Assembly: GCA_030141605.1 (NCBI GenBank)
Contig: JAQGDQ010000550.1
Coordinates: 62,001-126,000 of the forward strand
Reading direction: 5' to 3'
DNA: 64,000 nt
Origin: Tubiluchus corallicola
Taxonomy: Eukaryota > Animalia > Priapulida
Below are positions 22,687 to 36,529 of this stretch, in pieces (position 1 is the first letter of the stretch; each line of letters begins with the position of its first letter). The position numbers and the translations under genes were made by a program. Under the pieces are notes generated by a model. The model did not search any database. It was given only the letters and a program-made list of their open reading frames with translations, and was not told the DNA's origin.

Positions 22687-25600
22687 TAAAATATGGAGAT
22701 ATAAGTGTTGGCCAAATTATATGCAACATTTAACAGTATTTGTCACTGTAAACATAGAATGCTGTTTTCCGTTTTCAACATGGATCTGTTCTTCCCTGGT
22801 CTGTCTTTGTTCTGTTCTAAAGTTGTATCGATATTTTACAGACAGAATAAGAGTTTAGTACAACTGTCGTTGAAGGTTTTGTAGTCGGGCTGGTTTTATT
22901 TAAAGAATTATTTAAAGAACTTGTGCTAGTTGGCATAAAATTGTAGATTGTATATATTGTGTATTGTAAATGTGCTGCTCAAACATTTTTGTTTTTAAAT
23001 TACAGCCTACGGTTATTTATTCCATTTACTTAACTAATTTGCGGAAAATTTCAAAAAGCTTTTTCCAGTAGACCTTTGATATGGTTATAGTGGTCCTAGA
23101 ACAATATTCTCCACTCAATTAGAATAAGTAATTGAATAAAGTTCAAAATTTTATATTTTGTAAACAGTATATTGCAGAATGCATTACTCTATGTTGTGAT
23201 CAAATTATGATAATTATATAAATAGTGTTAAAGATATTCAATTATATTTATATATGGTACTCGGTATTTCTTTTGATCACCTGCGTTGTTCCCGATTATC
23301 GTCATCATTATCGTCATCGTTCAAGTTATTACAACAGCAATTGTAAAAACATTTGTCAGTTTTAAGATGCCTTAAATATAATATGACTTTGTTAAGTCAC
23401 ATTATTGCAGTTTTGAGTAGCTTGTGTTACATTTATTTAATTCATTATACTTTTCTTTTATTACAAATTTTTCTTTCATATCCACATTTATATGAACGGC
23501 AGTGCAAGAAGCATTTTTCTAGTTACTCACTGCTGTTATTTTTTGTCTTGTTTATTATTTATTAGCATTTCTCTTTTTACCAACTCTTTATGTGTTGTGT
23601 TTACTTGTAGTATAGAAACTGTCTAATAGTGATAAACAGTGTGGTATCTACTTTTCAAACGAATGTAATTTTATTCTAAATACCTGCAATACCAAGGACA
23701 TTTGTTTTAGATAACATGTTGCATTCATACTTGTGTTCCGGTGATGGTTAAACATTTAATAACTTTTATACTAAATTGATACCTAAACACCATGTACTTA
23801 AAAAGCAAAAACAAGCAAACGAGTTAAAGTCATATTGTCTGGTAATATTTTTCATTCATCATGTGATAGTCTTGTATACATAATATGAAATAGTGACTGA
23901 CATCTGTTACTGGAATTAATTAGTAAACAGGATTTTCCAGAAGTGAGAATGTTGAAAAGATGTACATGCAAAATGACAAATCGTAAGTTAGCTTGCCACT
24001 GTGGCAAAACAGTCCCATCAGTTCTGGATTTTGTGTCTTGTTTCAGTAGTTTGCATCCTTAATATTGTTATTCGTGAATTAACGCGACTCTGGGTTGTCA
24101 GTAAGCTTAGCCAATTATTTTGTGATGCTAATAAATTATAATACTAACTAATTTGTAAGATAGGTAGTGGGATATTTTTAATTTTGAGGTGTAATGTATT
24201 TTGTGTTTGTTATTTAGCCAGATTATTAAATGCTCATGTTGCAGAACGATGTGTGTTGAAATGTTATCTTTGAATTAAATTGGTCAATCTTATTTAGCAA
24301 ATTTACTGGTGATTTATATAGCTGATGCAGTCAACTATAGTCTCTTCGTAACAACTACTTGTACAGTGTATTGCTGTTATTAATTACTGTTACTAAAATT
24401 TAATCCTCGTTTTGCTTTTGTTATTTAGTGTAAACAAAGATTGTTTATTTATAATAAACCTATTATTTATAATGTATTTGCCTGATCTTGAAAATACTGT
24501 TGATTTTTTGTGTTGATAATAAGTGAAACGGGTTTCATATTGCATTATTCAAGGTTACAGAAGCGCCAAGCCTTTGCGTACATTGCATACGTTTTGTATA
24601 TCATTGTTAACTAATTAATTTATTGACGAAAATGAGTCCACAAACTAAACATTGGGTCCAAATGTCTGCAAGAATGATCTGTAGAGCTTACTGTTACAAA
24701 AGGCGTGTTAGATTATGAGATACTGATTTAATGGCGCCTATTCTATGGAAATTTTGAGTAAATCAGATATAACAATATTGTTAACATTGTTTTGACGAAA
24801 CCCTAACCGCGAGTTACGTCACAACAGTCTTGTAGTAATCTGCCTCCTTGCAAGAAATCAATTCTGTCTTATCAAAAGCACAGTCACTTTATCATAAGAT
24901 GTTCTGATTTCCTTGTTCCAATGAAAAGGTCTTACATATAGGCACAGGACAACACGGGCAGACATTCATTTTCAATACAAAAGTTTTTATCAACGTGCAA
25001 CAATAACAGCATTGAATCTCTGTTATTAGGAAAAAAACTTGCACGTCACCCATTCGCTTTGCGGGGGACCACGCCCACTCCGCCCACGCTCCTTTTAATT
25101 CTCAGAGCCTGTTATTATTTTGTATCGTGAACAAGAGTTATTTTGCTTTATGAAGCAATTACATCAACGAACAATAAACAGGCAGTCTAAAGTAGTCGCT
25201 CGCAGTTGGAAATTATTTCCAACAGGGTATGACGTAGGCGATTGACCAAACTACCTGACGAGGAGTATGTTAGTTATTTTTAAATTTTCTATTGACACCT
25301 ACGCTAACATTGATATTACATTGTCATTTCCGGGGGACCTTCTTTGCCCATTGTAGGCAGCCTGTTAGCGCTACAATTCTGTAAGAAATTATCCGCAAAC
25401 TGCACTTATGTCTTGATCAGGTGCTTAATGAAGCCATGTAGGGCTTCCTTTTAATCTGAAAGAACCGTATGTCTCAGCGCCTGATGCTTACTTTAACGCG
25501 AGGGCGTTGTTCGACGACGCAGGATCGAATGTTCCATGTTGTTTAACACACTGTCATTTAAAACATTTAAAATAACAATTTATTTATATACACAACTAGT

Positions 25601-26719
25601 TCAAATCCCTTATGCATTTCGTTCAATTTTTTGGAGATTTACAAAACTATATGTGAACCGTTAGGACGTAGAGAATTTAAAAATTTATCTGTACATTTTT
25701 TCAAAATTTCATTAGCAGCCATTTTGAAATTTAAAATGGCCGCTCCGCTACGAATGTCCAAACGTTGCTCTTATTCTGCTTCATTATCCATTTTGATTTT
25801 TCAAAAATGTATAGGATATCTAATATTCAAAAATTTGGAACGAAGTTTATGACCAGTACATTACATACCAGACTAAACGGTGAATTGCACTTACATATGA
25901 AATTCACTGAGCGCATATCGTTAGATTCACATTGAGCAACAAAGGAACTTTAACTGTAACTGAGCAGCAAAGGAAACCTTAATGCAATGAAGCATTGTAC
26001 TTTGATTACAATAAATATATTTATTTTTCAGGCGACCATGCTGTTTTTCTCTTTCTTTTTTATTTCATATTACATTTTTCACTTACCACGAATACTACTG
26101 ATTTGAATTTCGATAGCTTCACAGGATCTAGCAGTATTATTGAGAATACAGGCAGTTTTCTTCCAGTTTAATTAAAGCATATATTTAAACAATAAACGCT
26201 AACTAAAAAGAACTCTTGTGAACTAGAAAGAAAATGTTGAAATAAAATCGAGGTTATTCCTAGTTAATTTTAGTCCTATTAGAAAAATTATTTGTTGTAA
26301 ATGTTTAGTCTTACAAAATTTGTAAAAAGTTTAAAGTTATATCCTTGACGGTGACTGGTTCAGAAAGTGCTAAAGAAAACAAAAATCCATGCCTGTTTGC
26401 ACTAGCCGTTGCTGTGTTGTGTTAACCAAGACTACTTCTGATTTAAATAGCTAAGTTCCGGTCCCAGTACAGCTGTCTGTTATCTACGTTAAGTCCTGAC
26501 ATTAAGCTTGCAGTATCAAAATATATATAATTAAAATCTGAATTTAAAGACATTTAAGTCCAAAACAAACAAACAAACACTCAGACAGAAAAACAAACAA
26601 ACAGGTAAACAGCTAATTATTTTATTTAAAAAATAATTGCTTCTAGAGGAAGAAAACGTTAAGGCAAAAATCTTCGCACGGTTTGGATTCGAACCTGGGT
26701 TAAGACATCAACTTGACAA

Positions 26720-27490
26720 TGCAGACGCAAGCAAGCAAGCTTTTGAGCAAATATCTGTACACATTGCAGGTGCAAAGCAAACACCTCATGGCTATTTGAG
26801 CAGCAGAGGAAATGTAAACAAGCATTGTGATTTGAGCATTACAACTGTGCACGCTGCTAGTGCAAGTAATCACAATGTACGTTGAGCTTAGCAACTGTGC
26901 ACGTGTAAGCAGATGTGGTACTTTGAGGCTGTGTGTTATAACTGCGCGTAGTGTTTATTAATGCTAGCAGATTTGGCTATTGAGCATTGCAACTATGCAC
27001 ACTGCACAGTGCTAATGCAATCAAGCACATAGTATGCTCTGCTAATGCAAGCGGATATAGAAATTTTGGGCATTGCAAACGTGCGAAGTACTACTTATGC
27101 CAACAACTATGGTGCTTTGAGTACTATACTTGTGCACAAGTACTTGTTAACTGCAACTGCGCACAGTTACTAAGCTCAAAGTACATTGTGATTACTTGCA
27201 CTAGCAGCGTGAATAGTTGTTTTGAGCACTGCAGCGTTTTGAGCACTGCAACTGTGCACGCAATTAATGCAAGCAGAGCTGGCTATTTTGAGCATTGCAG
27301 CTGTACACACATTACTTGCTAACGCATGCAAATATGTTGCAAAACTTGCTTTAAGCATTGAAAGTGTGCACAGAACTGCTAATGCGAGCAAACATGGTTC
27401 ACGGCATTGCAACTGTGCACAGCTAATGCAAATAGGCACAATAATTTTAAAGCTATCCTTAGGTTTCTTAGGATGCACTGTGCAGCGCAA
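26720..27490. repeat. Degenerate ~50-bp satellite-like array with an inverted unit
   Basis: Core TTGAGCA(T/C)TGCAACTGTGCAC...GCTAATGCAAGC recurs at ~50-bp spacing. 26841-26902 and 27159-27220 are 62-bp inverted copies (57/62 identical). Confidence 0.8.
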
Positions 27491-29118
27491 AGTTCCAGTA
27501 ATCTTGCTGACCTTTGCAGCAGCTGGGGCACCATAAAGCGAATCTCTCTGTAATTAGTGAACTAATCGCCAAGCTTTCTAAACCTCTAATTAGCATCAGC
27601 TATGACGTCAGTCGCGGGTTATTAATCTTAATATACTCAAAAGCTCAATGTCAGTATGATCGGTCTCAGGCGGTTACATCACTCATTACCGAAGCCGTTT
27701 CTGATCAGGTGCACTCATTCATGATTCACCAGAGGCACGTGACATTTTTAAGGCTAAATTAGCTGACCCATTTTCGTTTACCCCGGACGTGAGCTCTATG
27801 CTTGTCTGCGCATGCTCCTAGGTTGTCGAGCAGTGTTCGTGACTAAAAGTTTTCTTAGCGCATGCGCGGCAGTTGCTGAAGCCAAATGGCAGGTGTGCCA
27901 TGTAATTAAGCGGTATGCTATTAATAAATAAACTCATGTCCTCCTACGCGCTAGACGTATTCTAAGGTTAATAGTACTTTGGTAGACGCAGTGTGATTAA
28001 TCTGGATCATGCAGGGGGGAGTTGTATAAATTTTGCACGTAGCTTGAATACTAATTAGCAAATTAATTTAGCTTGCTGCTGATAATCTTAATGTTCTTTC
28101 ACATCATATCTTTCTGTTTGTTAGCAAGACAGCTGCTTTATCATAAGACATATATAGGTTTATGTCTTCAACGTCAACGGGCTTCAATATCAGCTAGTGC
28201 TGAAACCAGTTAATTAGTAAGGCAAAGTTGTTAGATATCAACCACTGATTTAGCCCTACATTTCAATAATATTCTCACTATAGTTCTAGTCAATTTTCTT
28301 TTCTGTCACTTCTTTCCTTTCCTTTCAGTTCCCCTCCCCTCTTCTTTTCTTTTTTTTGAAAAATACGTACTCATCCCATTCATGTTTTAACTTTGTAAAT
28401 TATTAATTTGAGCAGGTTTAAAAAAGGGATATAACTGATGTAATTTACGTTTTCAATGTCTTAACTAACAGACCAGTGCGCAGCGTGGCCATACCCTTAC
28501 AGATGCCAGAAATGTTTTAAGAAAAACAACAAAACTGTAAAAGTACTAGAAATAATTTTAACAGCGATCTGTTCTTACGCCTGTCGTAAATACTATACTG
28601 ATTAATAAACGTTCGACCTCCTCCACTTGAAATTGTGTGTATATAAAGTTTCTAACATAGAAGCACGTTGATTTATTGTATAGGACATGGATTTCAAACT
28701 TCAAAAATAACAAGAGCATAACAAATAAATAATGCTGCCTGGAGAAGGCATAAAACTTCCAAGAAGCAGCCATTTTCGTGGCAGAACACTACGCTCTTTT
28801 TTACTTTTTCAGTAACTTCTTAGATCACTGACTGTATTTGTTCACAAGGCGACAAATTATTATAGAAAGAAGTGATATATAGGGCTATACGTTCCTGCTT
28901 GGAGGAATTTAGGAAGTGCTGTGAAATATTTTTGCAAACGATTATTTGAGAACGTTTAGTCAGCAAAAGTGTTACAGCTTACCATTATTTGGGTTTTATT
29001 TTCAAGTTTATTTCGGTGAAAAGTCGTAACAGAAAAACACGCATCGCAGTTACAGACGTAGAGTGCTTTCAGTGCATTATATTTAACTTGAGTGTGTATC
29101 AATGACAATTAATTAATA

Positions 29119-29120
<2 letters not shown>

Positions 29121-29213
<93 letters not shown>
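29121..29213 (+). repeat. (TTA)31 microsatellite
   Basis: Perfect triplet run. Confidence 0.97.
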
Positions 29214-29214
<1 letters not shown>

Positions 29215-29329
29215 AAATATCGTTAACATGATAATGAGTAATAAGACTAAATAATTTAAAACTATCATTTATAACTGAAGAAATCATTTTTCTAATTCTA
29301 CAAGCAGTAACATATTTTAAAGCAAAACA

Positions 29330-29707
29330 CAGTTCTTACAGTTTCTAATGGTTGCAGATCCAAATTTTTAAAACTGAGTAATTCGTTACTATTTGACGTG
29401 TTACATGTTTTAAAACAAAAACTTAAAGAAATGTCTCCGAACACGTGTAATAAAATCGACTGTTGCTTTAAAAGGAGGTACAGCATCTGTTTTTTGTGCA
29501 ATGCGTTTCCGAAATGCAGCTGTTCGTGCTCGCCTAAGCAGCGAATGGCGAAATGCAAGTAATAGTGAAGAACTAGACGCGTAAACGCGAAACTGGGTTT
29601 GCGTGGCAATAATTGTCTTACGAAAGTCATCCTTTAAAAAATAGTATGCTTCCCTTCAATATTTTGAAGAATACGTGGTTTAACCTACAGTTGGGGCCGG
29701 TTTTGCT
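29330..29707 (-). mobile_element. Dispersed repeat family X, copy A
   Basis: Reverse complement starts AGCAAAACCGGCCCCAA and contains TGCATTTCGCCATTCGC...GCATTTCGGAAACGCATTGCACAAAAAACAG, shared with copies B-D. Confidence 0.75.
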
Positions 29708-30214
29708 TTAAATAAGGTGACTAAACTGGCGTAGCACATTTTAGTAAAGGTCTAACTAACATAACTTAGGCTTTATATTCTACCATTAAAGCGTCCTCAT
29801 TCTCGTACGAAAACAGAGACACTATCTAGGTTGCTTGTCAGTGCCATATGCATATAATCTAACCTGGCACTATCCCAGACCAGTGGAATCAATGCATGAC
29901 GGTGATCAGGGTCACCCTTCTAGCTCAATAAAATAATAATATTTCAAGTTATCCAGCGCTTGCGCAACACGCAGTTAACATTTCCGAAATACTAGAGCCA
30001 CATGATAAAACGGTCGCCGCTTTCTGGTATCGATATTTACGTTAAAGAAAACACAATTGTTATTCTTACCCGTTTTGAAGTACTGTAAAAAAAAATATAC
30101 AATTTAACACGTATAGTAATGCCAAGGCGTTTCTGACAGTCATGTAATAGGTAAAAACACTTAATCCACGAGGGGCGAGCCCACTTTCATAATTTCAACA
30201 GCACAAACAGTCAA

Positions 30215-30547
30215 TGAGCGTGATTGTGAACATTGAAGTAGAGTGCTGCTATAAGATACTCAGTATGACATACATTAGTTCATCAAATTTTAAGTTTAAA
30301 ATTCGAATCTCAAGTTTGCCGCAGTGCTCGCGCATGAGCTCTCGAAAGTGTGCACTACGTCACAACTGAACACCTTTGAGTGGAGATGTACAGCGCCTGT
30401 TTTTGTGCAACGCGTTTCCGAAATGCAGGCGCTAGTGCCCATTCAACTAGCGAATGGCGAAATACATGTAACAGCGGAACTAGCCGCGTGAAAGTAAAGT
30501 TGCGTTTCTGTGGTTACACTTCTTTCATTTAAATGTTTCTTGAAAAA
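30215..30547 (-). mobile_element. Dispersed repeat family X, copy B
   Basis: Reverse complement contains CGCTGTTACATGTATTTCGCCATTCGCTAG...CCTGCATTTCGGAAACGCGTTGCACAAAAACAGG...AGCTCATGCGCGAGCA, aligning with 63000-63310. Confidence 0.8.
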
Positions 30548-31630
30548 TTAGTATGTTCCCATTCGACATCTTGTACTATAAATTGTTTGGATAGATGGTT
30601 TAGGATTGGGTCTGGTTTTTCTGTAATATTTGCTGATATTTGTCGTGTGCCAGATACTGCCTGCGTTTAGCCACTGTCTTGTTAAACTTGATGTACGGAA
30701 GCTTTCAATGTAGCCGCGTTTTGCGTAGCATCCGGATGCATACGCGTTTTTACCTGCGGAATAGCTGTAGAAAAAAATAACGCATACGCAGGCTGCATAA
30801 ACGAGCGCATTGAAAACAATAACACCGATTTTATCTATTCCGCACCGCACCGCCCCCCCCCCCCCAAACGCGCACGAATCCGTAAACGCCACTTAAACGT
30901 GATTTTAAATTTATGTTTGCATTGTAAAATAACTTTTTACAATAAAGAATAAATAACAAATTGATAACAATGAGCGCCAAGTTCAATTTAATTAAACGCT
31001 CCCATTATGAAGACGCAAAAACCGGGGTCATCCCATTTGTGTGTTTTAAGTTCCACAAAAGTAAAACTCTCGACTTTCTCTTAGGGGTGCGTTTTTTCTA
31101 TTCTGGAGTAAGTAAATAATTTAAATGCGCATATGTTTTGCTTATAGATTATTTGGTCAAAGACCGCATATAACCGACAAAGTTTAGCATAACTTCAATA
31201 CGATGTCATTAAAGTTATAGTACCGCCTGGTATTTACTACATATTTCTTTTTACCACGTGTGAAACACGCCTAAAATAAAATAATGGAAATCTTACGAGA
31301 GTGAGATAACGACTGTCTGGAAATTTCCTAGTATGCCTGGACGAACATGAATTATTTGTTTCACTGCGCATGCGCAAAAATAAAATTTTTTTCGCTAAGT
31401 ACGCGCCATGTACGGGCTACGATTATTTTGGAAAATCCTGAGTTACGTGCTTCCGCGAAATTCAGTGTTCTCATAATAATTACAAATAGCAACTGGGCGA
31501 AAAGTTATAATTGATAATTGAACCAAAATGGCACAAAATCGTTTCATTCGAGCCATGTATTATATTTTTTGTTTTGTACTCTGAAAATCAATCCTCATTT
31601 ATACTGACATTAATTATGTAGTAGGCTTAT

Positions 31631-32130
31631 AGCAAAACAGGACCCAATCTTAAACTGTAGTTCAAAACAACCTACTCTTTAAAATATAGAAAGGAAACAC
31701 AATTTTTTTTCAGAATGCCTTACGTGGAAGAATTATTACTACACGAACACAATTTCGTGTTCGCGCCACTAGTCCTTCGCTGTTACATGCATTTCGCCAT
31801 TCGGCAGTTAGACGGAAAAACAGGTGCAATACCTCTTAGTTCAGATGTGTTTGTTTGTGACGAACCACACATGTTCGACAGCTCATGCGTGAGCATAGCG
31901 GCAAATTTAAAATTTGAGTTTTTATCTTAAAATTTGTCTAGTTTTAGTACAACGCACTGAATATCTTACAGTAGCACTTAGTTTGTGATGTCATCAATAG
32001 TTGGGCCTGTTTTTAATCTGCTATTTAATTATCTGAACGCTTTTGCAGCGTTAATTGTGTTAAAATGTATACTTTTTATCGGACTTGAAAATTGGATTAT
32101 ATATGAAAAATCATCCCGTCTTCCTTTAAA
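31631..32130 (+). mobile_element. Dispersed repeat family X, copy C
   Basis: Starts AGCAAAACAGGACCCAATCTTAAA and aligns colinearly with 62933-63520, apart from internal deletions. Confidence 0.85.
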
Positions 32131-32737
32131 TACAAGGTGGTACATAACCTTTTGCTGTGGTGGTACAGAAACAACGGCTACAGGACAAAATATTTTATTA
32201 CATCAAAGTACTGCTCAAACAATAGCAAATTTGTCATACTCTGAAAATATTCAGTGTCTCGAGTATGGAAGCCTCGTACGTCTGCAGTCTTGAGGGGTAT
32301 GACTGAAGCAGCGAATTGCTGAATGCTGATGTTTTTTTATCATCGTTTAGCGTCCATTCGGTGTTTCCCGATAGCTTCAATGTGTTTGGCAAAATAATCC
32401 CAGAGCTTTCAGGTCACTGCTTCAAGGTCATACTGCTCGAGATTGCATGTTGTGCGAGATGTATGAAAGCTCACTAAATTTTGAGTGCATGATAGATTCG
32501 CTGTTGTTTGAGCAACATTTTTATATAATAAATTGTTCTGTACTGTTACTCGTTGTTTTTACCCCCGTCCAAGGTTACCCCTCTCACAAATGGTTATGCA
32601 CTGCCTTGTATTATTTGGTTTTAGACTCAATGGACACCATTGATTATATCAACGGTTGCGTTTTTTTTGTGATTTATCCTTGAGTACAGTTTATAAGCTC
32701 TTTAGTATTTATCTTCTTTTTGCTCCAGTAACAACTA

Positions 32738-32739
32738 CC

Positions 32740-32774
<35 letters not shown>

Positions 32775-32777
32775 TAC
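32738..32777 (+). repeat. (ACG)n microsatellite followed by a CAA/CAG-rich tract
   Basis: CGA/ACG triplet run. Confidence 0.9.
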
Positions 32778-33124
32778 GAGGATAGCAACAAGCAAGAGCA
32801 AGAACACCAGCAGCAACAACGGCAGCGGCGGCAGCAACATAAAATAACAACAGCAATGGCAATTACTGTCTGATTAGGGGTGCAAATTCTGCTGGCAATG
32901 ATGCACGTGAAAACATTATGGCAATTGGTCATTGAAGTGCACGTCTTTCTTTTTATCCGCGAGCGCTAACTTCATGGACTAGGAAACCCACATCGCCATG
33001 CACCGATTTTTTCATCCTTTCATGATGCTAGACATCCAATTTTCAATTTTTTAATGCTTGTTAACTGCTTAACTAAGCAAGCTATAATCACGAAATTTGC
33101 AGAGCAGACACCTTGGAATGGGGG

Positions 33125-33552
33125 CCTTAAAAGTGGCTTGATGAATTGTGAACTCAGTCAAAGGGTCAAGTACACTAGACATTAGCTAGCTTCTTAGTTG
33201 CCATTCAACTCCTCTTAGGGTTTTGAATTAAACTAATTTTTTCACGAGTATTTAGTTATTGTGGGGTAGATGTGTACTTGTTTTTAGAAAGCACAGTTTT
33301 TAGGAAGCTCCATAAGAGCTCAAACACGAGCCAAGACACATATAATTGAAAAACTATAATAACTGGAGTCAATAAAGTTGCAGGGTAGACTACCAACGTT
33401 TGGGCAATGGTAATGTAGACACCTGCGTAAGGACCTTAAAAATTGCGTGGTGAACAGTGACCTCAGTCAAAGAGTCAAGGACAGTGGGTATCAGTCAGTT
33501 TTTATTGTCATTCAACTCCTCCTAGGCCTTCGAGTTACATTCAGTTTTTTCA
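33125..33552 (+). repeat. Two diverged ~120-bp direct repeats with nuclear-receptor-like half sites
   Basis: CCTTAAAA...CTCAGTCAAAG(G/A)GTCAAG...CATTCAACTCCTC at 33125 and 33434. Confidence 0.7.
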
Positions 33553-36529
33553 TCAGTTTTAGGTACTGTCATACAATGATCTACAACCATACTCGACCAG
33601 ATATAGTCAGGTGTAAACACGGTCACGGCGTTACGCTCGCTGATTTGGATCTGAATTCATTTGGTCCTGTTGAACCAATTTTGCCGGGTACAAATCAAAG
33701 TGAATCTGCAATGTGTTATATATAAGTCAAAAAGATAATGTACCATATTCTGCAGTCCGTGTAGGTGTGTAGCTTAATATGTGGCAGCTGCATGCTGCGC
33801 ATTGCTGGCCAATGCGCAGTAAGCTATTAGCGGCGCTGCCGGCGCACATCTACTTTATTGGTACGCAAAGACAGTTAAACCAGAAAAAAGTCATAATCTC
33901 AGCCTATAATCTCTCTCTTAATGTACAACGTGCTTGTGGTCTCTCGTAATAAATTAATATATCTCTGGATTGACGTCATTCGCGGTTTGAGTGCTTTATT
34001 TCCAATTGCAACATGATTACTGTTCTTCCAAGAATCCTTTCCTGCCCTTTCCATCATTGATGAAAATATTCTCTCTAAAGATTGTGATAAATATCAGAGG
34101 TTAATTGACGATTTGGCGTGTTGCGTAATAATTTTGATACTAGCAAATGTATTTCTGTGGTTATAATTTTGACAGTCGTAACAACATTGTATTAAGTATT
34201 CATATACTTAACATTGTATCATGAATGTATCAGCGCATGTGTGTTGTGTACTTATAATTAAGTTAAAAGCTTTGTCTGCAACTAGACACCAATTAAAACA
34301 CGTATTCCAAATAAAAGCTTAATCATCATTACCATCATCATCATCATCGTCGTCATCATCATCATCACCATACAAATGACTTTTTATCCAGTAAACACTT
34401 ATGGGTAAACAAAAGTGCAATTATGCACACACACGAATGTGGCTAAGGCACCTGCTACTCCAACATTTCATCTTAGAAGATATTCTTAGATCGAACAGAT
34501 TCCGGTCCTGTCATAGTTACAACAGCTCAGTGTTAAGTTCTGGACATCGGCTTGAATCGAACCGCATAAAATACTAAACAAATTCAGAAACTGTAGCTGT
34601 GGTATTTGAACAGAGCAACTATTAGCTTTAGCTATTCATAAAACTTCGGTTTATAATGTTAAACCTGTTTAAATCAAAGGGTAAAGACACAATTTGCATT
34701 CACATATTTGCATTCAAACCTTGCTAAAACTTGCAGTGCGCAACCAGCCAATAAAGCTTGGTTGCAAATTTATCATTTAAGCCTAGAGACTTCGGTGTGA
34801 TTCAATAAAAGATAAGTTTAAAATGACTTTCTGAGAACTTCGATGCATACGAAACAAAATTCACGTACATGCAATTACAATATTAAAGTACTGTGGGTTC
34901 TACATTGTATAACTTAATACCAGTTATAAACATCTAAGTTTAATCATTTCTCTTGGTTGACGGTTTGCGCTAAAAAAATCCGACTTAAAATCGTGCTCGT
35001 TTTATCTTTGCCAGTACTACTTTACGCCAGCAAAGGAAAATAATGCTAGGAGAGAATTATAACTCACATATTTTTCAAGGATAGGATGCACGAAGGTTTA
35101 ACTTTAGTTTATATTTAGTAAAAAATGTCAAGCGGCAACCTATAAATGTTTAATGAAAATAAGCAAAGTGAAAATACACAACGTTACAGATATAGGTGCC
35201 TATTTTGTATTTTAAACTTAAACTGATAAGCATTTGAATAATTTTGGACCTGCATACAGTTTTTCTCCAATTTGTTGTAAAGTTTTAGATACCGATACGT
35301 AGAAAGAAAATCATCTTTAGATATAGAAATTTGCGAACTAAATAGTCTTTATTGTGTACAGGAAAAGTCGTACCGCAAACTAAATTAAAAATATCTTTCT
35401 CTAGAAATTGACCTAGTTAGAGGCCTTAACTGTATTGAAGCCCATATGAATAAAGCGGAGTTTTATTTCTCAACATAATTTTTGATGATTTCATTTGAAT
35501 AAGACTGATATATTTTGTTTCGTAAAGGTTGCCAAATTATCGCTATTTTCACGTCACAGTGTTTTCTGCAATCTAAATTTTTCGTTGTAAGTTGACAAAG
35601 TAGTTCAGCTTCACATTATGAAAGTAGTAAACACATTTAGCCATAAGTTATAAATAAAAAAACATATAGTTAATCACAACAAGGTTTTTAATGAGAACGA
35701 TATTTCAGGAAATGAATGCTCACTTCGTCAAGCTATGCAAAAAACGAAAATAGAAAATTTACTTTTTGGAATTTTATTTCATTCAGTATGCGTAACCCGA
35801 TAAAGGGAGCTTGCATTTCCCGAAATACAGAATTATAGTTGTTATTAATAAATTTTCTTGTCATTAATTATCTCTTTATATTTTCTTGTGGATACACAAT
35901 ATGGATGCTATTCAACAATTTATACACAATATAATAGCACGGCAACACTTTAAATGCAGCACACTAAGCAGGGTGTCTTGTCGGACCTTCTCAGGTGATC
36001 AGTGGCTCAAGGTATAAAGTGACATTTTGTTTTCCCTTATAATTTCAGTTGATTGTGGTGATGGCCACGCTTACGCAATTTCGGGAAAACTCTTGAACAA
36101 ATATAGAGGTCGACTTTCTAAACCGCATTCTTCATTCAGTAAATTGTTCTATTGACAGTCGGGCCGTTTAATGGAGTACAGGGACTAGTTATGTTTAAAA
36201 AAATAAACACAAAAAGAGAATTAGTCTTTTGCATAAAAAGAGAATACAAAACAGAAGGAAGCATTGAACTTCACATGAGAATGGACATGACATGCATGAA
36301 GTGGGAAGCAAGCAGCCAGGAAAGCTTGATGGTGGCGCGCTCTGACGAGCAAAAACTTGGTAGCACCCCTTGCACACCTGAGCTGGCACTTACGCGAGCT
36401 TCCTCGACGTGGCCTTGTGGGCTTCAAACATAAATTGTACCACAACTAGGGGGAGTCATCCTCGGCATGCCTTTACATTAATAAAATATTGTATAATAAA
36501 ATAGACAAGTTACTTAACGGCACTCAAGG

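Noticed and set aside
26637-27536. Overlapping Cys/Ala-rich ORFs; possible CRISPR-like array
   Set aside because: Translations of a degenerate satellite. There is no constant-repeat/unique-spacer structure, no cas genes, and the context is eukaryotic.
29099-29287. Poly-Asn ORF (also poly-Thr and poly-Arg ORFs at 32656-32862)
   Set aside because: Trinucleotide microsatellite artefacts.
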